Below are positions 9,512-18,939 of a stretch of DNA of 64,000 nt, in pieces. Position 1 is the first letter of the stretch. The number at the start of each line of letters is the position of its first letter. This DNA comes from an uncultured Oscillospiraceae bacterium (GTDB lineage: Bacteria; Bacillota; Clostridia; Oscillospirales; Oscillospiraceae), in the NCBI GenBank assembly GCA_944385545.1, contig CALWXQ010000001.1, positions 48,697 to 112,696 of the forward strand. Direction: 5' to 3'. Under the pieces are notes generated by a model. The model saw nothing but the letters and a program-made list of their open reading frames with translations, made no database searches and was not told the origin of the DNA. Both the position numbers and the translations under genes were made by a program.

Positions 9512-10561
9512 ATGTTTCAGAATCAAACGCTGCTGATTACCGGCGGCACCGGTTCCTTTGGCAACGCGGTGCTCAATCGGTTCCTGGAGACGGACATTGG
9601 GGAGATCCGTATTTTCTCCCGGGATGAAAAGAAGCAGGACGATATGCGCCATGAGTTCCAGGCCAAATATCCCCAGGCCTCCAGTAAGATCAAGTTCTTC
9701 ATCGGTGACGTCCGGGATCTGGCTTCCGTGAAGAATGCCATGCACGGCGTGGACTACATTTTCCACGCCGCCGCCCTGAAGCAGGTTCCTTCCTGTGAAT
9801 TCTTCCCCCTGGAAGCGGTGAAGACCAACGTCTTCGGCACCGACAACGTGCTCACCGCCGCCATCGAGGCGGGGGTGAAGGCGGTGATCTGCCTGTCTAC
9901 GGATAAGGCGGCCTACCCCGTCAACGCCATGGGCACCTCCAAGGCCATGATGGAAAAGGTCATCGTGGCCAAATCCCGTACCGTTTCCCCGGAGAAGACC
10001 AAGATTTGCTGCACCCGCTACGGCAATGTCATGTGCTCCCGGGGCAGCGTGATCCCTCTGTGGATCGATCAGATCAAGGCGGGCAATCCCATCACCATTA
10101 CGGAGCCTTCTATGACCCGGTTCATCATGTCTCTGGAGGAGGCGGTGGATCTGGTGCTGTTCGCCTTCAACAACGGCGTCAGCGGCGATATTCTGGTGCA
10201 GAAGGCCCCTGCTTGTACCATTGAGATCCTGGCCCAGGCGGTCACCGGCCTGTTCGATCCGGGACATGAGATCCGGGTCATCGGCATCCGCCACGGGGAG
10301 AAAATGTACGAGACTCTGCTGACCAACGAGGAGTGCGCCCAAGCCCTGGATCTGGGGGATTTCTACCGGGTGCCCTGCGACAAGCGGGACTTAAACTACG
10401 ACAAGTATTTCCGGGAGGGCAATCTGAAGCGCAATGCCCTTACGGAGTTCAACAGCAACAATACGCAGCTGCTGAATGTGGAGCAGGTGCAGCAGAAGCT
10501 GCTGAGCCTGGACTATGTTCGCCAGGAACTGGAGGCCTGGAACCAGAGCAAGGGCAAGTAA
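9512..10561 (+). CDS. fnlA: UDP-GlcNAc 4,6-dehydratase/5-epimerase FnlA (CapE/WbjB)
   Basis: TGGTGSFGNAVL, FSRDEKKQDDMR, HAAALKQVPSCEFFP, STDKAAYPVNAMG, GIRHGEKMYETL. Confidence 0.92.
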   Translation: MFQNQTLLITGGTGSFGNAVLNRFLETDIGEIRIFSRDEKKQDDMRHEFQAKYPQASSKIKFFIGDVRDLASVKNAMHGVDYIFHAAALKQVPSCEFFPLEAVKTNVFGTDNVLTAAIEAGVKAVICLSTDKAAYPVNAMGTSKAMMEKVIVAKSRTVSPEKTKICCTRYGNVMCSRGSVIPLWIDQIKAGNPITITEPSMTRFIMSLEEAVDLVLFAFNNGVSGDILVQKAPACTIEILAQAVTGLFDPGHEIRVIGIRHGEKMYETLLTNEECAQALDLGDFYRVPCDKRDLNYDKYFREGNLKRNALTEFNSNNTQLLNVEQVQQKLLSLDYVRQELEAWNQSKGK

Positions 10562-10614
10562 GCGGAAGCGGAACGGCTTCGGGCAAAACAAGGAAAGGGT
10601 AAGGAGACAGGACG

Positions 10615-11814
10615 ATGAACATACTGATCACCGGCGCTGCCGGATTTGTGGGAAAAAATCTGACCGCCGCGCTGGAGTGCATCCGAGACGGCCGGGATCG
10701 CCGTTACCCGGACTTGCGGATCGGGACGCTCTACCTGTACGACAAGAATTCCCCCCAGGAATTGTTGGAGCAGGGCTGCCGGGAGGCAGACTTTGTCTTC
10801 CATCTGGCCGGAGTGAACCGCCCCAAGGATCCCCGGGAGTTTATGAACGGCAACTTCGGATTCGCCTCCCAGCTTCTGGACACCCTGACGCGGTACGGCA
10901 ATACCTGCCCGGTGATGCTGTCCTCCTCCATCCAGGCGACCCTGGAAGGGCGGTACGCCCAGGGGGAATACGGCAAAAGCAAAAAGGCAGGGGAGGAACT
11001 GTTCTTCCACTACAGCCGGCAGACCGGCGCGCCGGTGCTGATCTACCGGTTCCCCAACCTGTTCGGCAAATGGTGCCGCCCCAATTACAACTCTGCCGTG
11101 GCCACCTTCTGCTATAACTATGCCCACGACCTACCTATCACCGTCAACGATCCCAACACCGAGCTGGAGCTATTGTACATTGACGATCTGGTGGAGGAAA
11201 TGATCGCGGCCCTGCGGGGCAAGCCCCACCGCTGCGAATTTGACGGGGTGAAGACGGTGCTGCGGGAGGACGGCCGGTACTGCGCCGCCCCGGTGAGCCA
11301 CCGGGCGACCCTGGGCCGGATTGTGCAGCTGCTGGACATGTTTCGATCCCAGCCCAGCACCCTGATGATGCCGCAGATCCCCAAGGACAGCTTTGAAAAG
11401 AAATTGTATTCCACGTACCTTTCTTACCTGCCCGGGGAGAAGGCGGCGTTCCCGCTGAAGATGAATACAGATGACCGGGGCAGCTTTACGGAGCTTCTGC
11501 GCACGGAAGCCTGCGGCCAGTTCAGCGTCAACATCAGCAAGCCCGGGGTCACCAAGGGCCAGCACTGGCACCACAGCAAGTGGGAGTTTTTTATGGTGGT
11601 GTCCGGCCAGGGGCTGATCCAGCAGCGCAGGATCGGCACCGGGGAAGTGCTGAGCTTCCGGGTTTCCGGGGACGCCATCCAGGCGGTGCATATGCTGCCG
11701 GGCTATACCCACAGCATCACCAACCTTTCGGATACCCAGGATCTGGTGACGGTCATGTGGGCCAACGAATGCTTTGACCCTGACCGACCCGATACCTTCT
11801 TTGAGGTGGTTTGA
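10615..11814 (+). CDS. fnlB: FnlB (CapF/WbjC) SDR-cupin epimerase/reductase
   Basis: HLAGVNRPK, SSSIQA, FGKWCRPNYNSAVATFC, C-terminal cupin DDRGSFTE...KGQHWHHSKWE. Confidence 0.92.
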   Translation: MNILITGAAGFVGKNLTAALECIRDGRDRRYPDLRIGTLYLYDKNSPQELLEQGCREADFVFHLAGVNRPKDPREFMNGNFGFASQLLDTLTRYGNTCPVMLSSSIQATLEGRYAQGEYGKSKKAGEELFFHYSRQTGAPVLIYRFPNLFGKWCRPNYNSAVATFCYNYAHDLPITVNDPNTELELLYIDDLVEEMIAALRGKPHRCEFDGVKTVLREDGRYCAAPVSHRATLGRIVQLLDMFRSQPSTLMMPQIPKDSFEKKLYSTYLSYLPGEKAAFPLKMNTDDRGSFTELLRTEACGQFSVNISKPGVTKGQHWHHSKWEFFMVVSGQGLIQQRRIGTGEVLSFRVSGDAIQAVHMLPGYTHSITNLSDTQDLVTVMWANECFDPDRPDTFFEVV

Positions 11815-11816
11815 CC

Positions 11817-13001
11817 ATGGAGATAAAACTGGACTATTCTGACGTTTCCTTCCGGGGCGACGGACGGCTGAAACTGCTGATCGTAGTGGGCACCCGTCCG
11901 GAGATCATCCGCCTGGCGGCGGTGATCCGGAAATGCCGGAACTATTTTGACTGCATCCTGGCTCACACGGGACAGAATTACGACTACAATCTAAACGGGA
12001 TCTTTTTCCGGGATCTGGGTCTGGCCGACCCGGATGTATATATGAACGCGGTGGGCGACGACCTGGGGGCTACGGTGGGCAATATCATCAACTGCTCCTA
12101 TAAGCTTATGACCGCCATCCGGCCGGACGCCATGCTGGTGCTGGGGGATACCAATTCCTGCCTCAGCGCCATTTCCGCCAAGCGGCTGCATATCCCCATT
12201 TTCCACATGGAGGCGGGGAACCGGTGCAAGGACGAGTGCCTTCCGGAGGAGACCAACCGCCGGATCGTGGACATTATTTCCGATGTGAACCTGGCCTACT
12301 CGGAGCACGCCCGGAAGTATCTCCATGAATGCGGTCTGCCCAAGGAGCGCACCTATGTCACCGGCTCGCCTATGGCGGAGGTGCTGCACCAGAATCTATC
12401 GTCCATTCTGGCCTCTGACGTCCATGCCCGGCTGGGGCTGGAGAAGGGCCGCTACATTCTGCTCTCGGCCCACCGGGAGGAAAACATCGACACGCAGAAG
12501 AATTTCCGCTCGTTGTTCGGCGCCATCAACGCCATGGCGGAAAAATACGATATGCCCATCCTTTACTCCTGCCACCCCCGATCTCGGAAGCGGCTGGAGG
12601 AGAGCGGCTTTCGCCTGGATCCCCGGGTGATCCGGAACGAACCTTTGGGGTTCCACGATTATAACTGCCTGCAAATGCACGCCTTCGCGGTGGTGTCTGA
12701 TTCCGGCACGCTGCCGGAGGAGTCCAGCTTCTTCACCAGCGTGGGGCATCCCTTCCCCGCGGTGTGCATCCGCACCTCTACGGAGCGGCCGGAAGCGCTG
12801 GACAAGGGCTGCTTCATCCTGGCCGGCATTGACCAGGAGCATCTGCTCCAGGCGGTGGATATCGCGGTGCGGATGAACCTGGAGGGAGACCATGGGATCC
12901 CGGTGCCGGACTATGTGGAGGAAACGGTCTCTACCAAGGTGGTCAAGATCATCCAGTCCTACACCGGCGTGGTGGATAAAATGGTTTGGCGGAAATATTG
13001 A
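11817..13001 (+). CDS. fnlC: FnlC (CapG/WbjD) UDP-L-PneNAc 2-epimerase
   Basis: GTRPEIIRL, HTGQNYDY, LGDTNS, HMEAGNR, PEETNRRIVD, DSGTLPEES, TERPEA. Confidence 0.9.
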   Translation: MEIKLDYSDVSFRGDGRLKLLIVVGTRPEIIRLAAVIRKCRNYFDCILAHTGQNYDYNLNGIFFRDLGLADPDVYMNAVGDDLGATVGNIINCSYKLMTAIRPDAMLVLGDTNSCLSAISAKRLHIPIFHMEAGNRCKDECLPEETNRRIVDIISDVNLAYSEHARKYLHECGLPKERTYVTGSPMAEVLHQNLSSILASDVHARLGLEKGRYILLSAHREENIDTQKNFRSLFGAINAMAEKYDMPILYSCHPRSRKRLEESGFRLDPRVIRNEPLGFHDYNCLQMHAFAVVSDSGTLPEESSFFTSVGHPFPAVCIRTSTERPEALDKGCFILAGIDQEHLLQAVDIAVRMNLEGDHGIPVPDYVEETVSTKVVKIIQSYTGVVDKMVWRKY

Positions 13002-13018
13002 GTCAGGAGGCGGGGAGC

Positions 13019-14125
13019 ATGAAGTACCTGTTTATCAATTCCGTGGCGGGCTTTGGCAGCACCGGACGGATTGCGGCGGACAAATGCCGGGAATTGATGG
13101 CCCAGGGACACCAATGCGTCCTCGCCTATGGCCGTAAAGAGGCCAATTGCGCCGATGTGCCCACGGTGCGCATCGGCGGCAACAGGGACATTCTGGCCCA
13201 TGTGGTTAGGGGGCGGGTGCTTGACGGCATGGGCTTCGGCTCCCGGCAGGCCACCCGGCGCTTTCTGCGCTGGGTCAGCGCCTACGACCCGGATGTGATC
13301 TGGCTGCACAATATCCACGGCTATTATATCCACATGGGGGAGCTGTTTGCGTATCTGCGCCGCTGCGGCAAACAGATCCTGTGGACGCTTCACGACTGCT
13401 GGAGCTTTACCGGCCACTGTGCTTACTTTGATTATGCCGGGTGTGACAAGTGGAAGACCCAATGCGGCAGCTGCCCCCAGAAGAGGGAGTACCCCAAAAG
13501 CCTCCTGCTGGACAGAAGCGCCGGCAATTACCGAAAAAAGAAAACCCTGTTCACCGGCATCCCCAACCTGACCCTGATTACTCCGTCACATTGGCTGGCA
13601 GGACTGGTCAAGGAGAGCTATCTGGGGGACTATCCGGTGGAGGTGGCGTATAATACCATCGATCCGAAGATTTTCCGGCCGGTGGCCGGAGATTTCCGGC
13701 AGACCCACGGCCTGGAGGGAAAGCGCCTGGTGCTGGGCGTTGCCAGCGTCTGGGATCGCCGCAAGGGACTGGAAGACTTTCTGCGGCTGGCGGAGGAGCT
13801 GGACGACAGCTACCGGATTGTGCTGGTGGGTCTGACCCGGGAGCAGGTGAAGGCTCTGCCGCCCGGGATCCTGGGGCTGACCCGCACGGACAGCCCGGAG
13901 CAGCTGGCCCGGATCTACTCCTGCGCCGACGTGCTGGTCAACCCGACGTATGAGGACAATTACCCCACGGTGAATCTGGAGGCCAGAGCCTGCGGCACGC
14001 CGGTGGTTTGCTACGATACCGGCGGCAGCCGGGAGACCCTGGGCAGCTCCGATCTGCTGATCCCCAAGGGGGATCGGGCGGCGCTGCTTCGCGCCATCAA
14101 GCAAGTTTGTGAGGAGACGCCATGA
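13019..14125 (+). CDS. GT4 glycosyltransferase (WcaC-like)
   Basis: GSTGRIA, LHNIHGYY, WTLHDCWSFTGHC, EDNYPTVNLEARACGTPV. Confidence 0.85.
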   Translation: MKYLFINSVAGFGSTGRIAADKCRELMAQGHQCVLAYGRKEANCADVPTVRIGGNRDILAHVVRGRVLDGMGFGSRQATRRFLRWVSAYDPDVIWLHNIHGYYIHMGELFAYLRRCGKQILWTLHDCWSFTGHCAYFDYAGCDKWKTQCGSCPQKREYPKSLLLDRSAGNYRKKKTLFTGIPNLTLITPSHWLAGLVKESYLGDYPVEVAYNTIDPKIFRPVAGDFRQTHGLEGKRLVLGVASVWDRRKGLEDFLRLAEELDDSYRIVLVGLTREQVKALPPGILGLTRTDSPEQLARIYSCADVLVNPTYEDNYPTVNLEARACGTPVVCYDTGGSRETLGSSDLLIPKGDRAALLRAIKQVCEETP

Positions 14126-15387
14126 ACTACTACGCATTTCCCAACAACCGCCTGTGGAAGGCGGCCTTTGCGCTGTTCCTCAGTGCCATGCTGTTTCTGG
14201 CCAGAGACAGCATGTATACCACCGCGGTGCTGGGATTCTACAAGGCCCAGTTTTTGATGCTGGCGCTGATCGTCCTGGCCGGAGTGGTATTCCTTTGGGT
14301 CAACCGCCGGAACCTGGGCAGGATCCTTACCGACGGACGGCTGATCCTAGCGGCGGTGCTTGCCCTGGTGGTGCTGGCGCCTATGGTTTTGAAGCGGGAC
14401 TGGCAGCTGATGTATTTCAGCATCCTGCTGTGCATATTCTTCGCTGTGTTTGTCAGCTACTTCCTGTCCGTACAGGAGGCGGCGAAATACTATGTGGTGA
14501 TCCTGGCTGTTCTGGGAACCTATTCCATGATCGCTACCTACATTCTGCGCATCGGCGTGGACGCGGGGGTGTATTCCGTCCCCGTTTTTCAGAATTCCAT
14601 CGGATATACGTTTTATAACTTTTTCGGGGCCATCGTTTCGGAATCCTATGTCAAGACCCGGAATTTCGGGATCTTCCGGGAGCCGGGGGTCTACCAGTAT
14701 TTCCTGCTGCTGGCCCTGTACCTGAATAACTACACGGTGCGCTGGAGCAAGAACCGGCAGATGTGGATCTGCAACGGCCTGCTGACCGCGGCGATGATCT
14801 CCACCTTCTCCACCGCCGGGGTTCTGGAGCTGGGGCTGCTGGCTTTGGTGGTGTTTTTTGACAAGAAACTCTACCGGGACAAGCGGGTGTGGCTGGCCCT
14901 TGGCGTATGCGCGGCGGCTGCGGCCCTTGTGGCGGCCCGGAGTATCGCCCGGATGGACAGCCTGTATTGGGAAGTGTACACCATGGTCATCGGGAAATTT
15001 GTGAACGGGGAGGACTCCTTTCTGGAGCGGATTCAGGCATTTGCGGTGAACATCTGCCTGTTTCTGGACAGCCCCATTGTGGGACAGACCATTTCAGATA
15101 CCCTTCACGCCGTGGAGAACAACACCTCCTCCACCCTGATCCTGTTTTCCGTCTTCGGACTGGCAGGGGGCTGCTTCCATGTTGCCGCCTGGGCGGCCCT
15201 GGTATGGGAGGGGAGAAAAACCTGGCTGCGGGATCTGCTGCTGATGGGGATCCTGATGATGTCGTTTAATACCCAAAATCTGATTGCGGATGTATTTTTC
15301 TGGCTGTTCCCGGTGATGGCCCTGACCCAGCGCTGGGTTCCCACGGTTGAAAAGTGGAAAGCGCGGGGAAAGGGGAATGGACAATGA
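14122..15387 (+). CDS. polytopic membrane protein, probable Wzy polymerase
   Basis: About 10-12 hydrophobic segments, loop motif RNFGIFREPG, TFSTAG. Sits among GTs and before a flippase. Confidence 0.65.
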   Translation: MNYYAFPNNRLWKAAFALFLSAMLFLARDSMYTTAVLGFYKAQFLMLALIVLAGVVFLWVNRRNLGRILTDGRLILAAVLALVVLAPMVLKRDWQLMYFSILLCIFFAVFVSYFLSVQEAAKYYVVILAVLGTYSMIATYILRIGVDAGVYSVPVFQNSIGYTFYNFFGAIVSESYVKTRNFGIFREPGVYQYFLLLALYLNNYTVRWSKNRQMWICNGLLTAAMISTFSTAGVLELGLLALVVFFDKKLYRDKRVWLALGVCAAAAALVAARSIARMDSLYWEVYTMVIGKFVNGEDSFLERIQAFAVNICLFLDSPIVGQTISDTLHAVENNTSSTLILFSVFGLAGGCFHVAAWAALVWEGRKTWLRDLLLMGILMMSFNTQNLIADVFFWLFPVMALTQRWVPTVEKWKARGKGNGQ

Positions 15388-16484
15388 AGCAGGTGCTGTT
15401 TCTGACCAATTATCCGGCGCCCTATCGGGTGCGGTTTTTTGACCGGCTGGGAGAGACCATGGATGTAACGGTGCTCTATACCACGCCGACCCAGGAGGTC
15501 ACCGAGCGGGATCCCAAATGGTACATTGCCGCCCAGGGCCGCTTTCGCTGGGTGCAGCTGAGCAGGAAGAAGACGCTGGGCGGCGTAAGCGTGTACACAG
15601 ATGTGGTAGACTGGGTGCGCAAGCCCTATGACGCCATTGTGGTCTGCGGCTATTCCGACCCCACCTTTGTGCTGGCGATGGTCTATATGCGCCTGCATGG
15701 GATCCGGTTTTGTATGGAGGTGGACGGCGGAGTGATCCGCCGGGAAAATAGGGCCAAATTCCTGCTGAAACGGAGCTTGGTGAGTATGGCCCACCACTGG
15801 CTCAGCACCGGCGAGGCCACCACGGCGTATTTGGCGCACTATGGCGCCAAAAAGGATCGGATCACCACATATCCCTTTTCCTCTCTGGAGGAACAGGATC
15901 TGTACGACGCCCCGGCAGACCCGGAGGAAAAGGCGGCGCTGCGCCGTGGGCTGAACATTCCCTACAAGCAGATGGTGCTGACAGTGGGGCAGTTCATTCC
16001 CCGAAAGGGCTTTGACGTGCTGCTTCAGGCGGCGGCAGACCTGGAGGAGGATACCGGGATCTATATCGTTGGCGGGGAGGCTACCCGGGAATACATCCAG
16101 CTGCGGGAGCGCCTGGGACTGACCCGGGTGCACTTTGTGGGCTTCCAGCAAAAGGAAGTCCTGGCCCGGTACTATCGGGCGGCGGATGTATTTGTGCTTC
16201 CTACCCGGGAGGATATCTGGGGACTGGTGATTAACGAGGCCATGGCCTATGGCCTGCCGGTGATCACCACGGAAAACTGTGTGGCGGGCCGGGAGCTGGT
16301 GCGCGACGGCGTCAACGGCTACCTGGTTCCGGTGGAGGATTCCCAGGCCCTGGCCCGGCGCGTCAACCAGGTGCTGGCGGAAGGGCCGGAGCGGATGGGC
16401 CGGGCTTCCCTGGAGCGGATCCGCCCGTATACCATTGAGAACATGGTCAAAGCCCATGAGGCATTTTTTGAAAGCGGGAGATAG
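15384..16484 (+). CDS. GT4 glycosyltransferase
   Basis: PAPYR, VGQFIPRKG, EDIWGLVINEAMAYGLPV. Confidence 0.88.
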   Translation: MKQVLFLTNYPAPYRVRFFDRLGETMDVTVLYTTPTQEVTERDPKWYIAAQGRFRWVQLSRKKTLGGVSVYTDVVDWVRKPYDAIVVCGYSDPTFVLAMVYMRLHGIRFCMEVDGGVIRRENRAKFLLKRSLVSMAHHWLSTGEATTAYLAHYGAKKDRITTYPFSSLEEQDLYDAPADPEEKAALRRGLNIPYKQMVLTVGQFIPRKGFDVLLQAAADLEEDTGIYIVGGEATREYIQLRERLGLTRVHFVGFQQKEVLARYYRAADVFVLPTREDIWGLVINEAMAYGLPVITTENCVAGRELVRDGVNGYLVPVEDSQALARRVNQVLAEGPERMGRASLERIRPYTIENMVKAHEAFFESGR

Positions 16485-16487
16485 TCC

Positions 16488-17657
16488 ATGCACATTCTTT
16501 ACGCGGTAACCACCTGCTCTGACAAGGTCTACCGGGAACTGTTCGAAGCTGTGGAAGTAAAGCCGGCCTTCCAGTCCCAGAAATATCACCGGCTGCTGAT
16601 CGAGGGCTTGGCAGCCCATGCCCGGGTGGATGTGATCGCCAATCCTCCGGTGAATCCCCAGGTGCTGGATCGGCCCTTCGTCCGGCTGAAACCGGAGACG
16701 GAAGGCGGCGCCTGCTACCGCTATATCAGCGCTGTCCGCAACCCTCTGCTGAAGGCAATTTGGGTGGGGCTGGGAACCTTTTGGAAGACCTTTGCCCTGG
16801 CGGGAAAGGACTCGGCGGTGATCGTGGACGGTCTGAACCGGGTTACCGCCCTGGCGGGGATGCTGGCAGCCCGACTTCGGGGCCGGCCCTGTGTGGGCAT
16901 CGTGACGGATCTGCCGGATATGCTGGGAGGCGGCGCTGTTTCCCGGAAGCTGGCAAACTTTGTGATCCGCCACTGCACCGCCTATGTGCTGCTGACAGAG
17001 GCGATGAACGGTTACCTGAATCCCAAGGGAAAGCCCTATGTGATCCTAGAGGGCCACGCGGACATTGCCATGGAGAAAAAGCGCCCCAGTTTGGAGCGCA
17101 AGGCCCGTCCCAGGGTCTGCCTGTATGCCGGCGGGGTGAGCAAGCAGTACGGCCTGGGGAATCTGGTGGAGGGCTTCCGCCTGGCGGATCCGGAGAATGC
17201 CCAGCTTCATATTTACGGCCCCGGGGACTATGTCCAGGAACTGAAGGCCATTGCCGAGAAAGATCCCAGGATCGTCTACGGAGGGATGCTGCTCAGCTCC
17301 CAGATTGTGGAGAAGGAAATGGAGGCCACTCTGCTGGTCAACCCCCGTCCCACGGACGAGGACTATGTGAAATACTCCTTCCCCTCCAAGACCATGGAGT
17401 ATATGGCTTCCGGCACCCCGGTGCTGACCACGGTGCTGCCCGGTATGCCCAGGGAGTACCATCCGTATGTGTATTTGATTGAGGACGAATCTGCCCGGGG
17501 GATCGCCGGGATGCTGACAAAAACCCTGGAGCAGTCCGATGAAGCGCTGTTCCAGCAGGGCTGCCGGGCCAGACGGTTTATTTTGGAGCAGAAGAACAAT
17601 GTGCTCCAGGCCCGTAAGATCATCCAAATGCTTCAGACCATTCCGGAAAGGAAGTGA
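16488..17657 (+). CDS. GT4 glycosyltransferase
   Basis: YAGG..KQYG, LVNPRP...YSFPSKTMEYMASGTPV. Confidence 0.85.
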   Translation: MHILYAVTTCSDKVYRELFEAVEVKPAFQSQKYHRLLIEGLAAHARVDVIANPPVNPQVLDRPFVRLKPETEGGACYRYISAVRNPLLKAIWVGLGTFWKTFALAGKDSAVIVDGLNRVTALAGMLAARLRGRPCVGIVTDLPDMLGGGAVSRKLANFVIRHCTAYVLLTEAMNGYLNPKGKPYVILEGHADIAMEKKRPSLERKARPRVCLYAGGVSKQYGLGNLVEGFRLADPENAQLHIYGPGDYVQELKAIAEKDPRIVYGGMLLSSQIVEKEMEATLLVNPRPTDEDYVKYSFPSKTMEYMASGTPVLTTVLPGMPREYHPYVYLIEDESARGIAGMLTKTLEQSDEALFQQGCRARRFILEQKNNVLQARKIIQMLQTIPERK

Positions 17658-18904
17658 GCGCCGTGCGGCTGCTGTGGCTATGCAATATGCTCCCCGGAAA
17701 AGTCCGGGAAAAACTGACCGGGAAGCCGTCAGGGGACGGGCTTTGGGTGGACAGCGTGCTGTGGGGACTGCGGCAGCAGGGGCTGACCATCCGCATCCTT
17801 TGCCCCGGGGACGGCGTCCGGGGAGAGCTGGATTCGGACTGCGGCTTTGCCACCTTCCGGGAGGGACTTCCTTATGTCTACCTGCCGGAGCTGGAGACCT
17901 TCTTCGCGGAGGAGCTGGCGGACTTCCGGCCGGATGTGGTGCACGTCTGGGGTACGGAATACGGCCATACCTTGGCTATGATGCGGGCGCTGGAGAAGGA
18001 AAACGGACTGGAGCGGACGGCGGTAAGCATCCAGGGACTGTGCTCGGTGTACGCGGGTCACTATGCGCAGGGGATTCCCTACCCGGTGCGGCGGGGGTAC
18101 ACCTTCCGGGATTTTGTGCGCCAGGACAATATTTTGCAGCAGCAGAAGAAATTTGTCCGCCGGGGGGAGTTGGAGATCCAGGCGCTGAAGCTGGCAAAGC
18201 ATGTGATCGGCCGGACGGACTGGGATCGGGCGGCGGTCAGCGCCGTGAACCCTTCGGCGCAGTATCATTTCTGTAACGAGACGCTGCGGCAACCCTTCTA
18301 CCAGGGCCGGTGGCGCTACGACCGGTGCCGGAAAGGACGAATCTTCGCTTCCAGCTGTGCCTACCCGGTGAAGGGATTTCACTATCTGCTGGAGGCGTTT
18401 GCCGAAGTGCTCCGGGTCTATCCCCAGGCCACCCTGGCGGTGCCGGGGAACAGCCCTTTGAAGGCCCACAGGCTGCGCAGAACCAATTATCAGAAATACC
18501 TGGCCCGGCAGATCCGAACCCTTGGCCTGGAAGACAGGACCCAATTTCTGGGACATTTGGGGCCGGAGCAGATGAAACAGGCCTACCTGGAGGCAAATGC
18601 CTTTGTACTGCCGTCTACCATTGAGAATTCTCCCAATTCTCTGGGGGAGGCCATGCTGCTGGGGGTGCCCTGTGTGGCGGCCTACGTGGGCGGTGTGGCG
18701 GATCTGCTGACCCATCGGGAAGAAGGCTTCCTGTATCAGCCCAGCGCGGCATATATGCTGGCGTATTACCTCAAGCGGGTATTTGACCTGGGCCGGGAGG
18801 CCGAAGCTCTGGGCGGTGCAGCCAAGGCCCACGCCTCCCGCACCCACCAAGCGGAGAAGAACCTGGCGGATCTGCTGGCAATCTACCAGAGCCTGGCCAG
18901 ATAG
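17654..18904 (+). CDS. GT4 glycosyltransferase
   Basis: HVWGTE, SIQG, GRTDWD, ENSPNSLGEAMLLGVP. Confidence 0.85.
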   Translation: MSAVRLLWLCNMLPGKVREKLTGKPSGDGLWVDSVLWGLRQQGLTIRILCPGDGVRGELDSDCGFATFREGLPYVYLPELETFFAEELADFRPDVVHVWGTEYGHTLAMMRALEKENGLERTAVSIQGLCSVYAGHYAQGIPYPVRRGYTFRDFVRQDNILQQQKKFVRRGELEIQALKLAKHVIGRTDWDRAAVSAVNPSAQYHFCNETLRQPFYQGRWRYDRCRKGRIFASSCAYPVKGFHYLLEAFAEVLRVYPQATLAVPGNSPLKAHRLRRTNYQKYLARQIRTLGLEDRTQFLGHLGPEQMKQAYLEANAFVLPSTIENSPNSLGEAMLLGVPCVAAYVGGVADLLTHREEGFLYQPSAAYMLAYYLKRVFDLGREAEALGGAAKAHASRTHQAEKNLADLLAIYQSLAR

Positions 18905-18939
18905 CCGCAAGACGGGATCATACCATACAGGAGCAGAAC

